64,000 nt of DNA from Eledone cirrhosa. Its lineage: Eukaryota. A model generated the notes under the pieces. The model was not told where the DNA came from. It saw only the letters and a program-made list of their open reading frames with translations, and did no database searches. Within the stretch, counting starts at the first letter, position 1, and each line of letters opens with the position of its first letter. Position numbers and translations under genes: made by a program. This document shows, one piece after another, positions 1 through 13,989 of this stretch. Where the stretch lies: the NCBI GenBank assembly GCA_964016885.1, contig OZ024752.1, forward strand, positions 32,550,001 through 32,614,000. The letters run 5' to 3'.

Positions 1-21
1 ATAAATTTCCAATCATTTTAA

Positions 22-95
22 TCACGACACATGTTTCAATAAGAGATAGATCGATCGTGTAGCCATGATCGATTATCACTGATCTCGTCAGGTGA
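22..95 (-). ncRNA. Type I hammerhead ribozyme (left arm of inverted repeat 1-264)
   Basis: Minus strand: tcac CTGACGA gat...att GAAAC atgt GTC gtga, followed by attaaa. Confidence 0.72.
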
Positions 96-171
96 AAATG
101 AATTGTCTTCAAATCCTTGATATGAGGGAGAAAATTAATGATGTTCACTCACAGAGTTTAGTCCCTCATTT

Positions 172-243
172 TCACCTGACGAGATCAGTGATAATCGATC
201 ATGGCTACACGATCGATCTATCATTTATTGAAACGTGTCGTGA
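172..243 (+). ncRNA. Type I hammerhead ribozyme (right arm of inverted repeat 1-264)
   Basis: tcac CTGACGA gatcagtgata...tatcatttatt GAAAC gt GTC gtga; stem I tcac/gtga. Confidence 0.7.
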
Positions 244-287
244 TTAAAATGATTGGAAATTTATACCATGCCTTCGGATCTTTATTT

Positions 288-323
<36 letters not shown>

Positions 324-650
324 CCGTATCTACTTACTCGCAGGACTCTTTAACTTGCTGTGTAACAGTTTAACTTTCTCATGGTTTTGTATCTATTTTC
401 TGCTATGTTCTTGTGAACCATTCCTTATTGTCAAACTTTTTATAGCCTAAGATATTAGTTACTACTTCAACATATTTTCTTGACCAAATGCCACCTGTTG
501 ATAACTCAGGTATCCTCTTCGTAGTTTTACCAACTTTCCTATCTCTGAAAGCTTTCATGCGTTATGTCCTTGAGCAAGACACTTTATTTCACGTTGCTCC
601 TTCTACCTGGAGTTGCGACCGATAGAGAGTAGTAGCAATTGTAAAGACCA

Positions 651-701
<51 letters not shown>

Positions 702-740
702 ATATTAAATAAATGGAAACTATATTTATAAAACCATATT

Positions 741-801
741 TATTCTATTATATATATTTCAAGGGTACCAAAACTTTGGTACGCTCTCATCAGATAAAAT
801 A
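741..801 (-). ncRNA. Type I hammerhead ribozyme in the PLE pLTR (family A)
   Basis: Minus strand: tattttat CTGATGA gagcgtaccaaagttttggtaccctt GAAA tatata TA atagaata. Core intact; stems I and II pair. Confidence 0.75.
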
Positions 802-2024
802 CAAAGTTTGTTTTATAAATATTGACATAACCAGGAAGAAGATCTTAACGGTTCAAGTTTTTCCTGGATAGTAAAGGAAAGAAGGGAAAGAGAAGAAAAG
901 TCAAATATTTCAAATTATTAAGATGAGTATGCAAATGAGGTTGAGGTATAGAGCTGGAAAAAAAAGAAAAAAAACGTTATTTTTAGACGCTAGGTAGATT
1001 TAAATAATTATTAGGATATATGTATGTGTAGGAAGAAGAAAGAGAAGGAAAGAAGAGCTTGTATTTACGTTAATTTAAAAAGAATTAACAGTTTGTAGAA
1101 ATGGTGGAATATGATTCCGGAATTTAAAAAAAATTATTTAGCTATATTATGAATTATAATATTATATATATAATTAGATTATATTATGAGTTATAATATT
1201 ATATATATAATTAGATTATATTATGAGTTATAATATTATATATATAATTAGATTATATGAAGAATTATGGTTGTACTTATTACATTACAACAGGTTGTGA
1301 GTATATAAATATCTATATAGATTAAAAATCGTGCAAGTATAAGTATTATTAGTGATTTTTTTAGAAATAAACTACAATTATTAATTGTTTATATTTCTCA
1401 TATGAGTTACGAAAGATGTTGATTTTCCATTTTACATTTTAAAAAATTAAGAAAAAGACGTAGTTCAAGTTGTTAGAGGACAACAATTCGTAGATTCAAA
1501 TATTTTGTTCCAACATTGAAAATGTTTTCAGAATATTATTAATTTAGCGAAGTTATATAGTTTATCATACAAGTTATCGTGTCTATGTTTGCTCAATTGT
1601 AAAGGAAAAGATAACCCTAATCTTATTTGCTAACCATTAAATTGGATGAAGGATTTACTCAGAAAGTATGAAGAGAAAATTATATATTATTTTGTGTGAG
1701 CTTATTTTTTTTTCAAGGATGAGAGTTTCAATTACATATTATTTACGTCGAAAGATGTGTGAAAAGTTTGAAGATTAAAAAGAGGAAAAAAGTATTATGC
1801 ATTTCGAAGAAGTATCGTAAAGAGGATATCTTTCAGAATGTCAATTAAAGTTTATCAATCTACATCTAAAAAATAGATTAAGAAGAGTATCATTAGGAAA
1901 AGGATATCAAATGGTAAAAATACTAAATTTAAGAGGAAGATCATTTTTAAAATGTTTAATTTTTAAAGAATAACTCAGTAAATCAGTTTAAAGGTGTATA
2001 AGATACAGTCAAGTGTAATGAATA

Positions 2025-3222
2025 TCATAGATTAAAAATACTTCGGAAAGTGGAATTTTGGCGATGTCTGCAACTAGAAAATAATTCTGTTTTTAAATTA
2101 ATAGAGTTTTGACAGTTAATTATATAAAATATTTCCTCGATACACAAATGACAGATTCTTGAGAAAGCCATATTTCGGTATGCAGGTGCTTTCGAAATCG
2201 TTCCCCAAGATATTGAATAGTCTATATTGTTGTCCTTTAAATTCCAAATTAGATGTGAAAGTGAAGTGAAAGATTTTTTTATCGGACCTATTAAATGTAT
2301 GTTTGTGGTTGTATCAGCGTTCTTTGAAATTTGTAGAAGTGGCACCTATATAGTTAAATATTTTGTCTCTAGCTTTAACTGTGCATTTATAAATTACGTT
2401 TTTGTCTAAGCAATTATTTTGTAAAGGGCAGTTTGATTTAATTCTACAGTTACATTTTCTGGAGTTGTTATTAGGAACGGTACTATTATTATGAATATTG
2501 TTGTTAGAAATATTATTATTGCTATCTTGGTTTGTTTGGTTAGGGTTTAAATTTAAGTTTCTATTATTAATTCTATTTATATTGTCTGCTATGTTCATAG
2601 TAGTAGAGTAGAATAGTTTTATAGTGTGTCTGTTAAAAATAGAGTGGTATCTGTGGGCTTTAGGAAAACACTTATCTAGTGCTTTAAAAAATAGCTTTGC
2701 TAAAGGTGTTTTAACGCCTAATGAGAATGGGGGAGAGTACTAAATATTATTTCTAGTTCTAGTTTTTTTGTTTGGTTTACTATTTAAGTTGAATTGTTTA
2801 TTGTTATTATAATGAATTCTAGGATGATTTATCAACTTATTGTTGTCTAAGTATTTAATTTTATTCGAGTATCCTGCTCTATGTAAAGCCTCATTGTAAT
2901 ATTCTGCCTTATCAAAAATATTTTTATTAGCAGAGATGCGTGAAATCCGTTGCTGTACGCTATTGACAATGGTCTTTTTTATATTTCTAGGATGATTAGA
3001 ATTGAAACTTACGTAATTTAGATTTTCGTTAATTTTATGGAATGGGTAGTAAAGACCTGAGCTAAGGTTTAAAGTTACATCTAAGAAGTTAACGATTTTG
3101 TAATTATTTTCGATTTCTAAATTAAGGTTGTAGTTGTTGAAAAATTGTATTATGGATTTCTTTTTCATATTAATGTCACTATTGCTATGGTTTTCAATTA
3201 ATATTTGTTTAATTACCAACAA
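2025..3222 (-). pseudogene. PLE RT/GIY-YIG polyprotein remnant (stops at 2740-2742 and 2314-2316, one frameshift near 2275)
   Basis: ORFs 2740-3222 and 2314-2598 are in frame and joined by YSPPFSLGVKTPLAKLFFKALDKCFPKAHRYHSIFNRHTIKLFYS. ORF 2025-2345 supplies the C-terminus in another frame. Confidence 0.85.
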
Positions 3223-3241
3223 ATTAAATATCCCTTTTGCC

Positions 3242-3333
<92 letters not shown>

Positions 3334-3827
3334 GTTACAATTTGTTTACAAACCAAAGAATTCTAGGCATTTAAAAAACACCTAGAATTGGATTCACAAT
3401 CGTGTTCAATTAGTTCAATTCCCGGACTGGGCGATGCATTATGTCCTTGAGCAAGACACTTTATTTCACGTTGCTCCTTCTACCTGGAGTTGCGACCGAT
3501 AGAGAGAGTATTAGCAATTGGAAAGACCAACGGAAACGTTGTTTCCTCGGGGTGATTTGACGAAAGACGATCGACTGTCGATATTCTGCCAATTGTCTTG
3601 TTTAATTATCATCATTGTACGAATTGGTACCTTGCCCTATGAAGGAAGGGGCTTGTGTGTCTCCGTGACACCTGAAATCTCATAACGGCGAAGCTTTTAG
3701 CTTTTACGCCTGCCAAATGTTATTAAGCCGCTCAGATTTCAGACTAGAGGTCAAGTAAAATCTAACACTTGGTCCCCTACGCTAAAGACTGGACCAAAAA
3801 GAATATATGAATATATGAATATACATA

Positions 3828-4040
3828 AACAGATTCATTAACTGCTTAATGAACACAACCACAAAGATATGGCCCGAACGTGGAAGAGCCGAACTCCCAC
3901 TGTCATCGCCTCCATCTCTCTTGCCCTCCCCATCTCTCTGTATGGTGAGCAAATGGGGTGGCACGTGCTGGCTTCCCCACAGCCCCGACGGACAGAATGG
4001 AGAAGGCGTTTCCCCGGAGGATTGTAAGAGAGATGCACTG
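3828..4040 (-). mobile_element. 3' end of the same CRE-like family (also 29318-29470 minus; 43450-43515 and 43630-43735 plus)
   Basis: ILRGNAFSILS plus shared 3' UTR (ccccacagcc...ggacagaatgg; gccgaactccc). Confidence 0.55.
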
Positions 4041-4904
4041 GAAATCCCATAATACACATGTACAGCATATATACTTAAGCCACCCACCCAACCACCAATA
4101 TCAAAACTGTAACGGAAGCTACGTGATCACGCAGTATCAGTAGAGGGTCTGACGCCATACTTTGCGAGTTACGGCCCTTTATTGTCTGAGTTCAAATCCC
4201 GCCGAGGTTAGATTTACCTTTCATCCTTACGGGGCCGATAAAATAAAGTACCAGTAATACACTGGGGTAATTGCTGACCTTGTGCCAAAAGTAGAAACAA
4301 TTACCTTTTGTTTCTGTAAATATGTGTGTAAAATGCGCGTACTTAATATGATATAAGTGACGTGTGATTTGTGTAAAATGATATACAAAACGGTATGAAT
4401 CCTTACGGGGTCGACAAAATAAAGTACCAGTAATGCACTGGGATAATTGCTGGCCTTGTACCAAAAGTAAAAACAATTGCATAGGACACTGAATAGCTAC
4501 AAGATCTTCTTAAAAATTATGGTTGTGCAAATGTTGGAGAAATGAACAAGACAACTTTTAATACAACTTCTTAGTAGTATTTCCACCTAGCAAGAAGTAG
4601 AATGTCAAAATATGTTAAAACTTCAATCAAGAAGAGAGAACATACATAGATAGTAAAAACACATAATAGTAGTGTACGAAATAGGTTTAAATGAAATGGG
4701 AAGACTGTACTATGATTTGTATTGATAGCAGTAAATATCTTTATTATTCACTTCAATAGTCCCTTTTTTTTTTTTAGTTAGTCAAGACCGTGGTGCTTAA
4801 GTAGAAATAATCAGCAATGACACAAAACTCCAGCCACTACTAACAGCTCAATAAAGTATTACCAGCTGATAGCAGGTTGACTAATGAAATGACACGTCAG
4901 TCAA

Positions 4905-5140
4905 TCATATTGCTGGCCTCCCCACAGCCACAGCGGACAGAATGGGGAAGGTGTTTCCCCGAATGACGGCAAAAGAAACGCGCTGGGAAGAGCCATTCCA
5001 ACTCGCGAGGCTCACACCTGCGGCTGGCCAGCTCAACACCTATGGTGGTGAGTAGGGAGGTAGCCCTAGGGCCGAGGACACGAGAAGTCTCCACTGCCAA
5101 GGGTACGACCGCAAACCTGTCGGAGAGCGACCGGTATTAT
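4905..5140 (-). pseudogene. CRE-like (restriction-like endonuclease) non-LTR retrotransposon C-terminal fragment
   Basis: YRSLSDRFAVVPLAVETSRVLGPRA...EPRELEWLF/QRVSFAVIRGN resembles the P.AVET.G..GP...QR.S.A.QRGN tail of CRE-clade ORFs. Confidence 0.62.
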
Positions 5141-5496
5141 CTCTCCGCTTATCTCTATCTCTCGAGAAAACGTGTACGACATAAACCAAATTACAGTGCC
5201 ATTATAGAAGTACTTTTAAAACTAAATAAGAAAAACGCCAGATTATATTTTTGATTTCTTCCTACAATTCAAATTATTGATCTCCTATAATCAAATTGTA
5301 TAAAGTTCAAACTGATATTTCAGCATAAAAAACCCTTCTCAAGGTTTAGAATAAACAAAATTCAATGGTATATACTGTAAAGAAAAATATGTAGTCTGAC
5401 GTCCTTATTATATTTTAAAATATTTAACAGTAATTCTATAGTGGTCTTCTAATGTATATTACGTATTTTTATTTCTATCACTAAACCATGACGGGG

Positions 5497-5880
5497 CAAG
5501 AAGAAGAAGAAGAAGAAAAAGAAAAAGAAGAAAAAGAAGAAAAAGAAGAAAAAGAAGACGAAGAAGAAAAAGCAGATGAAGAAAAGAAAAAAAGAAAAAA
5601 GAAAAAAAGAAAGAAAAAGAAAAAGAAAAAGAAAAAGACGATGAAGAAGAAAAGAAGATGAAAAAAAAAGAAAGAAAAAAGAAGAAAAAAAGAAAAAAGA
5701 AAAAAGAAAAAAGAAAAAAAGAAGAAAAACGAAAAAAGAAGAAATAGAAGAAATAGAAGAAATAGAAGAAGAAGAAGAAGAAGAAGAAGAAGAAGAAGAA
5801 GAAGAAGAAGAAGAAGAAGAAGAAGAAGAAGATAGAAGAAGAAGAAGAAAAAGAAGAAAGAAGAAGAAGAACAACAACGT
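5497..5880. repeat. (GAA)n/A-rich polypurine tract (similar tract at 54390-54670)
   Basis: Direct inspection. Confidence 0.9.
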
Positions 5881-6494
5881 CATCGGAGGAGGAGAACAAC
5901 AGAAACAGCAGCAGCAACATTTGCAAACTACCAACTCAAATAATGTTATACTGGAGACATAAGTACGACCACTGCTCACTAACAAGTAAAATATATTCTG
6001 TTTAAAACAAAACCATGTCCCTGGAGAAAATAATAAAAATAGGAAAAACAATGTTTACCTGACATATTTAGCGACAGAATTCTATTCTGTTCTGAGGAGG
6101 ACTGTCTAAGTTTTCACTATAATTAAATATTGTTTATTTATTCTATTGAAATTTTAATAAGTTGTTTTGTTGTTGTTGTTGTTGTCTTTTTTAAAGAGAA
6201 ATATCAGTCTTAAACATAAAATATTTATTATGGATTATCATTAATATAAATAATGTGAAGGTGGTTAAAGAATTGGAATCGGAATCCTGACGTAGCAATT
6301 CGATTCCGGGACAGGGCGATGTGTTATGTCCTTGAACCGTTGTTATTTCTGAGTCTTGTTTCTTTGATAGCAACCGCTTCTCTCTCTATTAGTGGAAATT
6401 TATTAAATAATTAATCCAGAAGAACATACCTACATACAAACACGCAGAATACATACATACAAACAAACATGCAAAAGTTATGCATGCATGCATG

Positions 6495-7022
6495 CATGAT
6501 GACTGCAAACTCTGTTAAGAGTATTGCAATGGCTTGTCAGATTACAGAAAATGGTGCACTTTTAGGCTACGGCCAGCCACACCAACCTGTCACATATCCT
6601 GAACAAGCAATGCCTGTGCTTTGAAGGTTTTTTTAAGTGGGGAAAGGCCTTGTACTCGACCAATCCCACTCTCTGGGCATCGAAAACACTACCCGAAAAG
6701 GAGAACTGGTCGACATCATCAGATGCTTCCGTAGCCGCAGGTTCTTTTTTTCAGAGTTTGCCTCTCCTAGAAAGGTGTTGTGACAACAACTGGGGACCTT
6801 TCACTCCCAGGTGAAAAAAAAGTACTATTTGGATGGCCGTTGACTCTGTTGAGTTCTTCCGCCCTTTGCCGTGTCTTGTATTTCATCCTGCAGGGTGTCC
6901 AAACATAACCCCCCTCCTCACCAAGCAAACTTGGTGGGGTTGTTGGTTTAGTCGCCGACGACCCGACCATGAGACAGGTTGTACTGGGTTACATTGTTAC
7001 CAGTAGCACTCGAGGGCGACCT

Positions 7023-7025
<3 letters not shown>
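6495..7025 (-). mobile_element. Related bipartite RTE-type retroposon (shared 5' end, different 3' end, (CATG)n tail)
   Basis: 6895-7025 aligns with 11695-11827 (cctcctcaccaag...gacccgaccatgagacaggttgtactg...acctgac). Confidence 0.6.
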
Positions 7026-7095
<70 letters not shown>

Positions 7096-7389
7096 CCTAC
7101 AACCAGAAAGTTATACATACCAACATTTATTTAAAGCATGCCCGACAAGATCCAAGACCAAGCATCCACAATAAATAGCTACAAACAAGACCCAACATGA
7201 TGTCATGAAATAGAGATTAAAATGATCAATTACTTTTTACTTCTACCAAATGTATTTATATTGATTTCATAATTGTCTTGCCAACTTTCAGTTGTGAAGG
7301 TGCACGGTCTAATAGTTTGGGTGTTGTGTTTACGATCGTAATATCGTGGGTTCGATCTTCGACCGTGTTGTGCGCGGTGTTCTTGAGTA

Positions 7390-7730
7390 AAACTAACTGC
7401 AAAACAAGGAACGTAGTTTATAGCATAAGATGTACTGAGAGACAGTGTAGGAATAAGAACATAACATACATAGGTGAAACAGCCATTAGGAGAGAGGATA
7501 AGTGAACACTGGCGAGAACTCCAGGATGGGAAAAACTCCTCAGTACTTCACCAACATGCCAAAATAGAACATAGGGACATATTAGAGAACATAGAGATAA
7601 AATTTATATCTACACACAGAAAAGATGCAATGCTCAGATAAATCACAGAGGCGACAAATATAAACGAACTCCAACCAAAATTAAACAGAAAACATGAGTG
7701 GAATAGCAACATCACAACTAATAATTAAGG
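7390..7730 (+). pseudogene. PLE GIY-YIG endonuclease remnant
   Basis: NCKTRNVVYSIRC...YIGETA...SSVLHQHAKIEH...LR*ITEA...QPKLNRKHEWN, with stops and a frameshift. Confidence 0.75.
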
Positions 7731-7834
7731 ACAAAATGAGGACATACAGACACAGACAAAAACCAAACTAACAAAATAAATTAGACACACACAGATAGAA
7801 CAAACAACCAACTAGTGACAAGTAAATAAACACA

Positions 7835-7865
<31 letters not shown>

Positions 7866-8646
7866 ATACACACTCAGATGTAACGCATGCCCAAACTAAG
7901 CACACAACATACAAAAACGAGATGGTGTCGAACAGAACAAAGGAGAGATACAAAATAAAAACCCAGTCACTGAGGTTACAGAATATGTGAAGAAAGAGTT
8001 TTGACAATATATAAACAACCATCCGGTTATCGAACCAACCAACGAAAGGGGAATTTATAATATATTGAAATGAAAACCAATACGTGCGTGTGTTTTTATT
8101 GGCAGCATCACCCTCCCAAAATATAACAATATCTGTTTCAACACACGTTTTCAGATGAGAAATCTTGCAAAACAAATTAAAAATCAAAGTATATATATAC
8201 ATATTAGTAATAATAATAATAACTGTGAAGACTAAAATCCAAAGAGGGCTCGATAAGGATAAATATATATCAAATATATAAGAACCCTAGAGCATATATT
8301 TATTAAAATAACAGATTAAAGTTTAAGCAAAGAATCGCTGCTTTCACCCTTAACGGGATCTTCTGAAACCCGTTTCAGAATACCCTACTGGGGTGCCAGT
8401 AGTGCATGTACTCCGCTTTATCTCATTTCATTGTATTCTGTTTGGGATTTAAGGTGTTCGTTGCAGACTGCCTCTGTGGAAAAATCCTCTATGCGTGTAT
8501 TGTGTATTTGGAAACCTAGTATTATGTCGCCTAATACTTGGAACTAGAACCAATGGATGGAGGGTTGTGGCCAGATATGGAGAAATCAACCTGTTACAAG
8601 GCGATTCTACTGGAGTGCACCATTTTTCCTATAATATTCATTCATT

Positions 8647-9170
8647 TGGATTGGCAGTATCGGTAGAGGGTCGGACGCCATGCTTTGACGCACAGTTACG
8701 GCCCTTGCCATTCTGAGTTCAAATCCCGCTCAGGTTAACTTTGCTTTTCATCCTTACGGGGTCAATAAAATAAAGTACCAGTAATGCACTGGGTAATTGC
8801 TGGCCTTGTGTCGAAAGTAGAAACAATTATTTATTCAAAGTAATAGAGTTATGGTCCTTTACGGTCTGATTTCAAATCCCGCCCGCCAGGGTTAACTTTG
8901 CCTTTCATCCTTACGGGGTCGATAAAATAAAGTACCAGTAATATACTAGGTAATTGGTGGCCTTGTGCCAAAAGTAGAAACAATTATTACAGGGTCGATA
9001 AAATAAAGTACCAGTAATGTACTGGGTAATTGCTGGCTTTGTGCAAAAAGTAGAAACAATTATTACGGGGTCGATAAAATAAAGTACCAGTAATGTACTG
9101 GGTAATTGCTGGCCTTGTGCCAAAAGTAGAAACAATTATTACGGGGTCGATAAAATAAAGTACCAGTAAA
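8647..9170 (+). mobile_element. SINE pair followed by tandem amplification of the ~76-bp SINE 3' part
   Basis: ttacggggtcgataaaataaagtaccagtaa repeated four times in 8911-9170. Confidence 0.8.
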
Positions 9171-9529
9171 GCCTGTAAAGCTGCAGCACAGCTAACCAGC
9201 TTTTCTGTTTAGTGACTCCTGCTTACAAGCGTTCATACTTTGCCTGTAAATCATGTACTTGCACTGCTTGTGAATTGATGTATCTATGCTTGGTTTGTTT
9301 TTTGATAATGCTGAGTGACACCCTCATTCATTTCTTGCTCTCTTCTCTCAACCTCCTTATGATCTATTGCACCATTTATGTGATAAACATTTGACGTAAT
9401 TTTTTATGATGTAATTTTTTGTGACATTATATGTATCATGTATTGTGTGCCTCCATACTTGTCCTTCTTCCTTGTTCTGGTGACTAGGCTCGATGGAGCC
9501 TGCAACCTTTGATATACTTTTGTTTATAG

Positions 9530-9574
9530 GCTCTGATGATTCCTGCGCTAGGGTATGGATGAAACACTGTTAGC
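9530..9574 (+). ncRNA. Minimal type I hammerhead ribozyme, probable PLE 3' end (~9170-9620)
   Basis: gct CTGATGA ttcc...ggat GAAAC act GTT agc, then aataaa and (TA)n. Confidence 0.62.
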
Positions 9575-9615
9575 AAATAAAACAATGTATTTCTAAGCAC
9601 TCTTTGGTTATTCCT

Positions 9616-9665
<50 letters not shown>

Positions 9666-9868
9666 TGATGGATATTGAATTTACTATATTACTGGCCCAG
9701 CCAACAGGTACAGACATGAAAATATAAATATATGTGTATACGTACAATATACATATATAGGGGTGTGTGTGTAATGGGTGTGTACATATATATATGTACT
9801 ATCTCCTTCCCTCCCTCTGTCTCTCATATGTATGTATGTATTTACATACATACATATGAGAAAGAGAC

Positions 9869-9904
<36 letters not shown>

Positions 9905-10064
9905 GTATGTATGTATGTATGTATGTATGTGTGTGTATGTAGGTATGTATGTGTGTATGTATGTATATATGTAGGTATGTATGTGTGTATGTATGTTGGT
10001 AGGTATGTGTGTATGTATGTATATATGTAGGTATGTATGTATATATGTAGGTATGTATGTATGT

Positions 10065-10593
10065 GCAACCCCACCAAGGTTTCTTGGTGAGGAGGGTGAC
10101 TTTGGACATCCTGCAGGACTAAAAACTAAACCTGTCAAAGGGCAAAGGAGCTCTTAAGAGTCAATGGCCATCCAAAATCACTGGGAGAAATGACCCCTTA
10201 GCCTTTGTCAAGGCAGAATTCTAGAAGAAGGAAAACTCTGATATAACACCTGCAACTCTGATGGTATCCAATGATGTTGACTTGTTCTTCTTTTTGGTAA
10301 ATATCATCTTGGTTAAGAGAGTGGGACTGGCTTTGTGCAGTGCCTTTGCTCACTATAAAAGCTTCACGGCACAGGCATTGCTTTATATCTGGAGATCTCT
10401 CTGTACTTGTCGTCACATGGTACCATAGGCCCAGCACTATGTGTCAGTAATTGTCACAAGTGTAGTGTTTGTACCAGAGTTTTCAAGTCGCTGGCTGGAC
10501 TAAAAAGTCACACTCGTTCAGCGCATTGGTAGGGGTTCTCTTACATGGATGTAAAGTAGTGGCCGTACTCGAAAACGAGTTGGCAGCCACCAT
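10065..10593 (+). mobile_element. Non-autonomous bipartite RTE-type retroposon (5' UTR fused to 3' end), 5'-truncated
   Basis: C-terminal [24 protein letters not shown]2H2 motif (10461-10532); 3' hairpin ctcgaaaacgag; (GTAG/GTAT)n tail. Confidence 0.65.
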
Positions 10594-10728
10594 GTAGGTA
10601 GGTAGGTAGGTAGGTAGGTATGTATGTATGTATGTATGTGTGTGTGTGTACCTACACACACACACACACATACATACACACATATATACTGAAACATCAA
10701 TGCTTCAGTTATAAGCATGTTATTTATG

Positions 10729-10771
<43 letters not shown>

Positions 10772-10879
10772 TTATACATACATACACATACATACATACA
10801 TATACACATATACATATAAATACATATACACATATATATATACATATAAATACATCTACATATATATACATACATATAC

Positions 10880-10910
<31 letters not shown>

Positions 10911-10961
10911 CATATACATACATACATATATATATATATACATATACATACATACATATAC

Positions 10962-10992
<31 letters not shown>

Positions 10993-11013
10993 CATATACA
11001 TACATACATATAC

Positions 11014-11059
<46 letters not shown>

Positions 11060-11217
11060 ACATATATATACATACATATACATATATATATACATATATA
11101 TATTTATATATATATATACATATATATACATACATATACATCTACATATATATACATACATATACATATATATATACATATATATATTTATATATATATA
11201 CATATATATACATACAT

Positions 11218-11827
11218 ATGGTGGCTGCCAACTCGTTTTCGAGTACGGCCACTACTTTATATCCATGTAGGAGAACCCCTACTGATGCGCTGAACGAGTG
11301 TGACTTTTTAGTCCAGCCAGCGACTTGAAAACTCTGGTACAAAGACTACACTTGTGACAATTATTGACACATAGTGTTGGGCCCATGGTACCATGTGACG
11401 ACAAGTGCAGAGAGATCTCCAGATATAAAGCAATGCCTGTGCCGTGAAGCTTTTATATTGAGCAAAGGCACTGCACAAAGCCAGTCCCACTCTCTTAACC
11501 AAGATGATATTTACCAAAAAGAAGAACAAGTCAACATCATTGGATACCATCAGGGTTGCAGGTGTTATATCAGAGTTTTCCTTCTCTTAGAATTCTGCCT
11601 TGACAAAGGCTAAGGGGTCATCTCTCCCGGTGATTTTGGATGGCCATTGACTCTTAAGAGCTCCTTTGCCCTTTGACAGGTTTTGTTTTTAGTCCTGCAG
11701 GATGTCCAAAGTCACCCTCCTCACCAAGAAACCTTGGTGGGGTTGCCAGTTTAGTCGCCAACGACCCGACCATGAGACAGGTTGTACTGTGATACATGTT
11801 ACCAGTAGCACCAACTGGTGACCTGAC
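11218..11827 (-). mobile_element. Second, longer copy of the bipartite RTE-type retroposon
   Basis: Close reverse complement of 10065-10593 plus about 80 bp of extra 5' end. Confidence 0.68.
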
Positions 11828-11877
11828 ATACATATACATATATACATACATACATATACATACATATACATATACAT

Positions 11878-11919
<42 letters not shown>

Positions 11920-11945
11920 ATATATATATATACATACATATATAT

Positions 11946-11987
<42 letters not shown>

Positions 11988-11996
11988 ACATATATA

Positions 11997-12069
<73 letters not shown>

Positions 12070-12439
12070 ACATACATATACATATATACATACATATACA
12101 TATATACATACATATATATACATATACATATATATACATATACATATATATACATACTTATATATATATACATATACATACATACTTATATATATATACA
12201 TATACATACATACACATATATATATATACATACACATATATATACATACATATATATATGCATACATATATATATATACATATACATATATACATATACA
12301 TATATATACATACATATACATATATATACATACATATACATATATATACATACATATACATATATATACATACATATACATATATATACATACATATACA
12401 TATATATACATACATATACATACATATACATATATATAC

Positions 12440-12478
<39 letters not shown>

Positions 12479-12565
12479 TATATACATACACATATATATA
12501 CATACATATACATATATATATATATATATTCATATACATATATATACATATACATATATATACAT

Positions 12566-12604
<39 letters not shown>

Positions 12605-13005
12605 TATACATATACATACATATACATATATATAATATATAAGATCAAAAGATGGTTAAAAGAGTTCCATGTATTTTATTATGCGCATTTATTGTACTAC
12701 AATAAAACTCACCTCCTACATATACATATATACATATATATATACATATACATACATATGCATATATATACATATATATATATATACATATACATACATA
12801 TGCATATATATACATATACATACATATATATATATACACATATACATACATATATATATATACACATATACATATATATATATACACACACATATACATA
12901 TATATATATACACATATACATATATATACATATATATACATACATATATATATATACATATATATACATACATATATATATATATATACACATATATATA
13001 TATAC

Positions 13006-13059
<54 letters not shown>

Positions 13060-13740
13060 ACATATATATATATACATATATATATATACATATATATATA
13101 TACATATATATATATACACATATACATATATATACACATATACATATATATACACATATACATATATATACATACATATATATATATACACATATACATA
13201 TATATACATATATATACATACATACACATATACATATATATACATATATATACATACATACATATACATATATATACATATACATACATACATATACATA
13301 TATATACATACACATACATATATATACATATATATATACATACATATATATATATATAAATACATATATATATATATATACATATATATACATATACATA
13401 TATATACATACATATATATACATATATATACATATACATACATATACATACATATATACATATACATACATATATACATATACATACATATATACATACA
13501 TATATACATATACATACATATACATACATATACATACATATACATACATATACATACACATACATATACATACATATACATACATATATACATATACATA
13601 CATATATACATACATATACATATATATACATATACATATATATTCATACATATATATATATACATACATACATACACACATATATATATATAAATACACA
13701 CACACATATATATATATATACACACACACACATACACACA
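11828..13740. repeat. (TA)n/(CATA)n microsatellite field
   Basis: Direct inspection. Confidence 0.92.
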
Positions 13741-13933
13741 CAGGGTGGGCCAGAATTCATGACCTCACTTGATTATTTATAGATCTACTAACACAAAATA
13801 TTATAAAACAAACAAAAAATCTGACACATTGAACATGTTTTTCCAAGCTTAGCAAAGGATGTGCCATGATTCATTAAGTTTAGAATAAATAAATAAAAAA
13901 AACCCTGAGAGTTATGAATTCTAGCCCTCCCTG
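13741..13933. mobile_element. Tc1/mariner-type MITE
   Basis: Imperfect TIR cagggtgggccagaattcat / atgaattctagccctccctg|ta. Confidence 0.6.
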
Positions 13934-13935
13934 TA

Positions 13936-13989
<54 letters not shown>

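Larger units (their letters stand above)
697..3240 (-). mobile_element. Penelope-like element (5'-truncated): RT C-terminus, Cys-rich linker, GIY-YIG endonuclease, long 3' UTR, HHR-bearing pLTR; Naiad-like motif pattern
   Basis: VNFLDVTL...YVSFNSNHP...QRISRISAN (PLE RT thumb); RNNI*YSPPFS; CNCRIKSNCPLQNNCLDKNVIY...YIGATSTNFKER; CHLCIEE...ELFSSCRH. Bounded by (TA)n and (GT)n. Clade assignment is inference. Confidence 0.88.

Noticed and set aside
2314-2316. In-frame TGA in the PLE as selenocysteine (reported for some Naiad PLEs)
   Set aside because: It falls at an aromatic position (KER-W/Y-YNH), not a conserved Cys; the copy has other lesions; I recognised no SECIS.
9684-13772. Long YI/IY/HT-rich ORFs (also 31255-35307, 50994-51630)
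   Set aside because: Stop-free translations of (TA)n/(CATA)n microsatellites in several frames.
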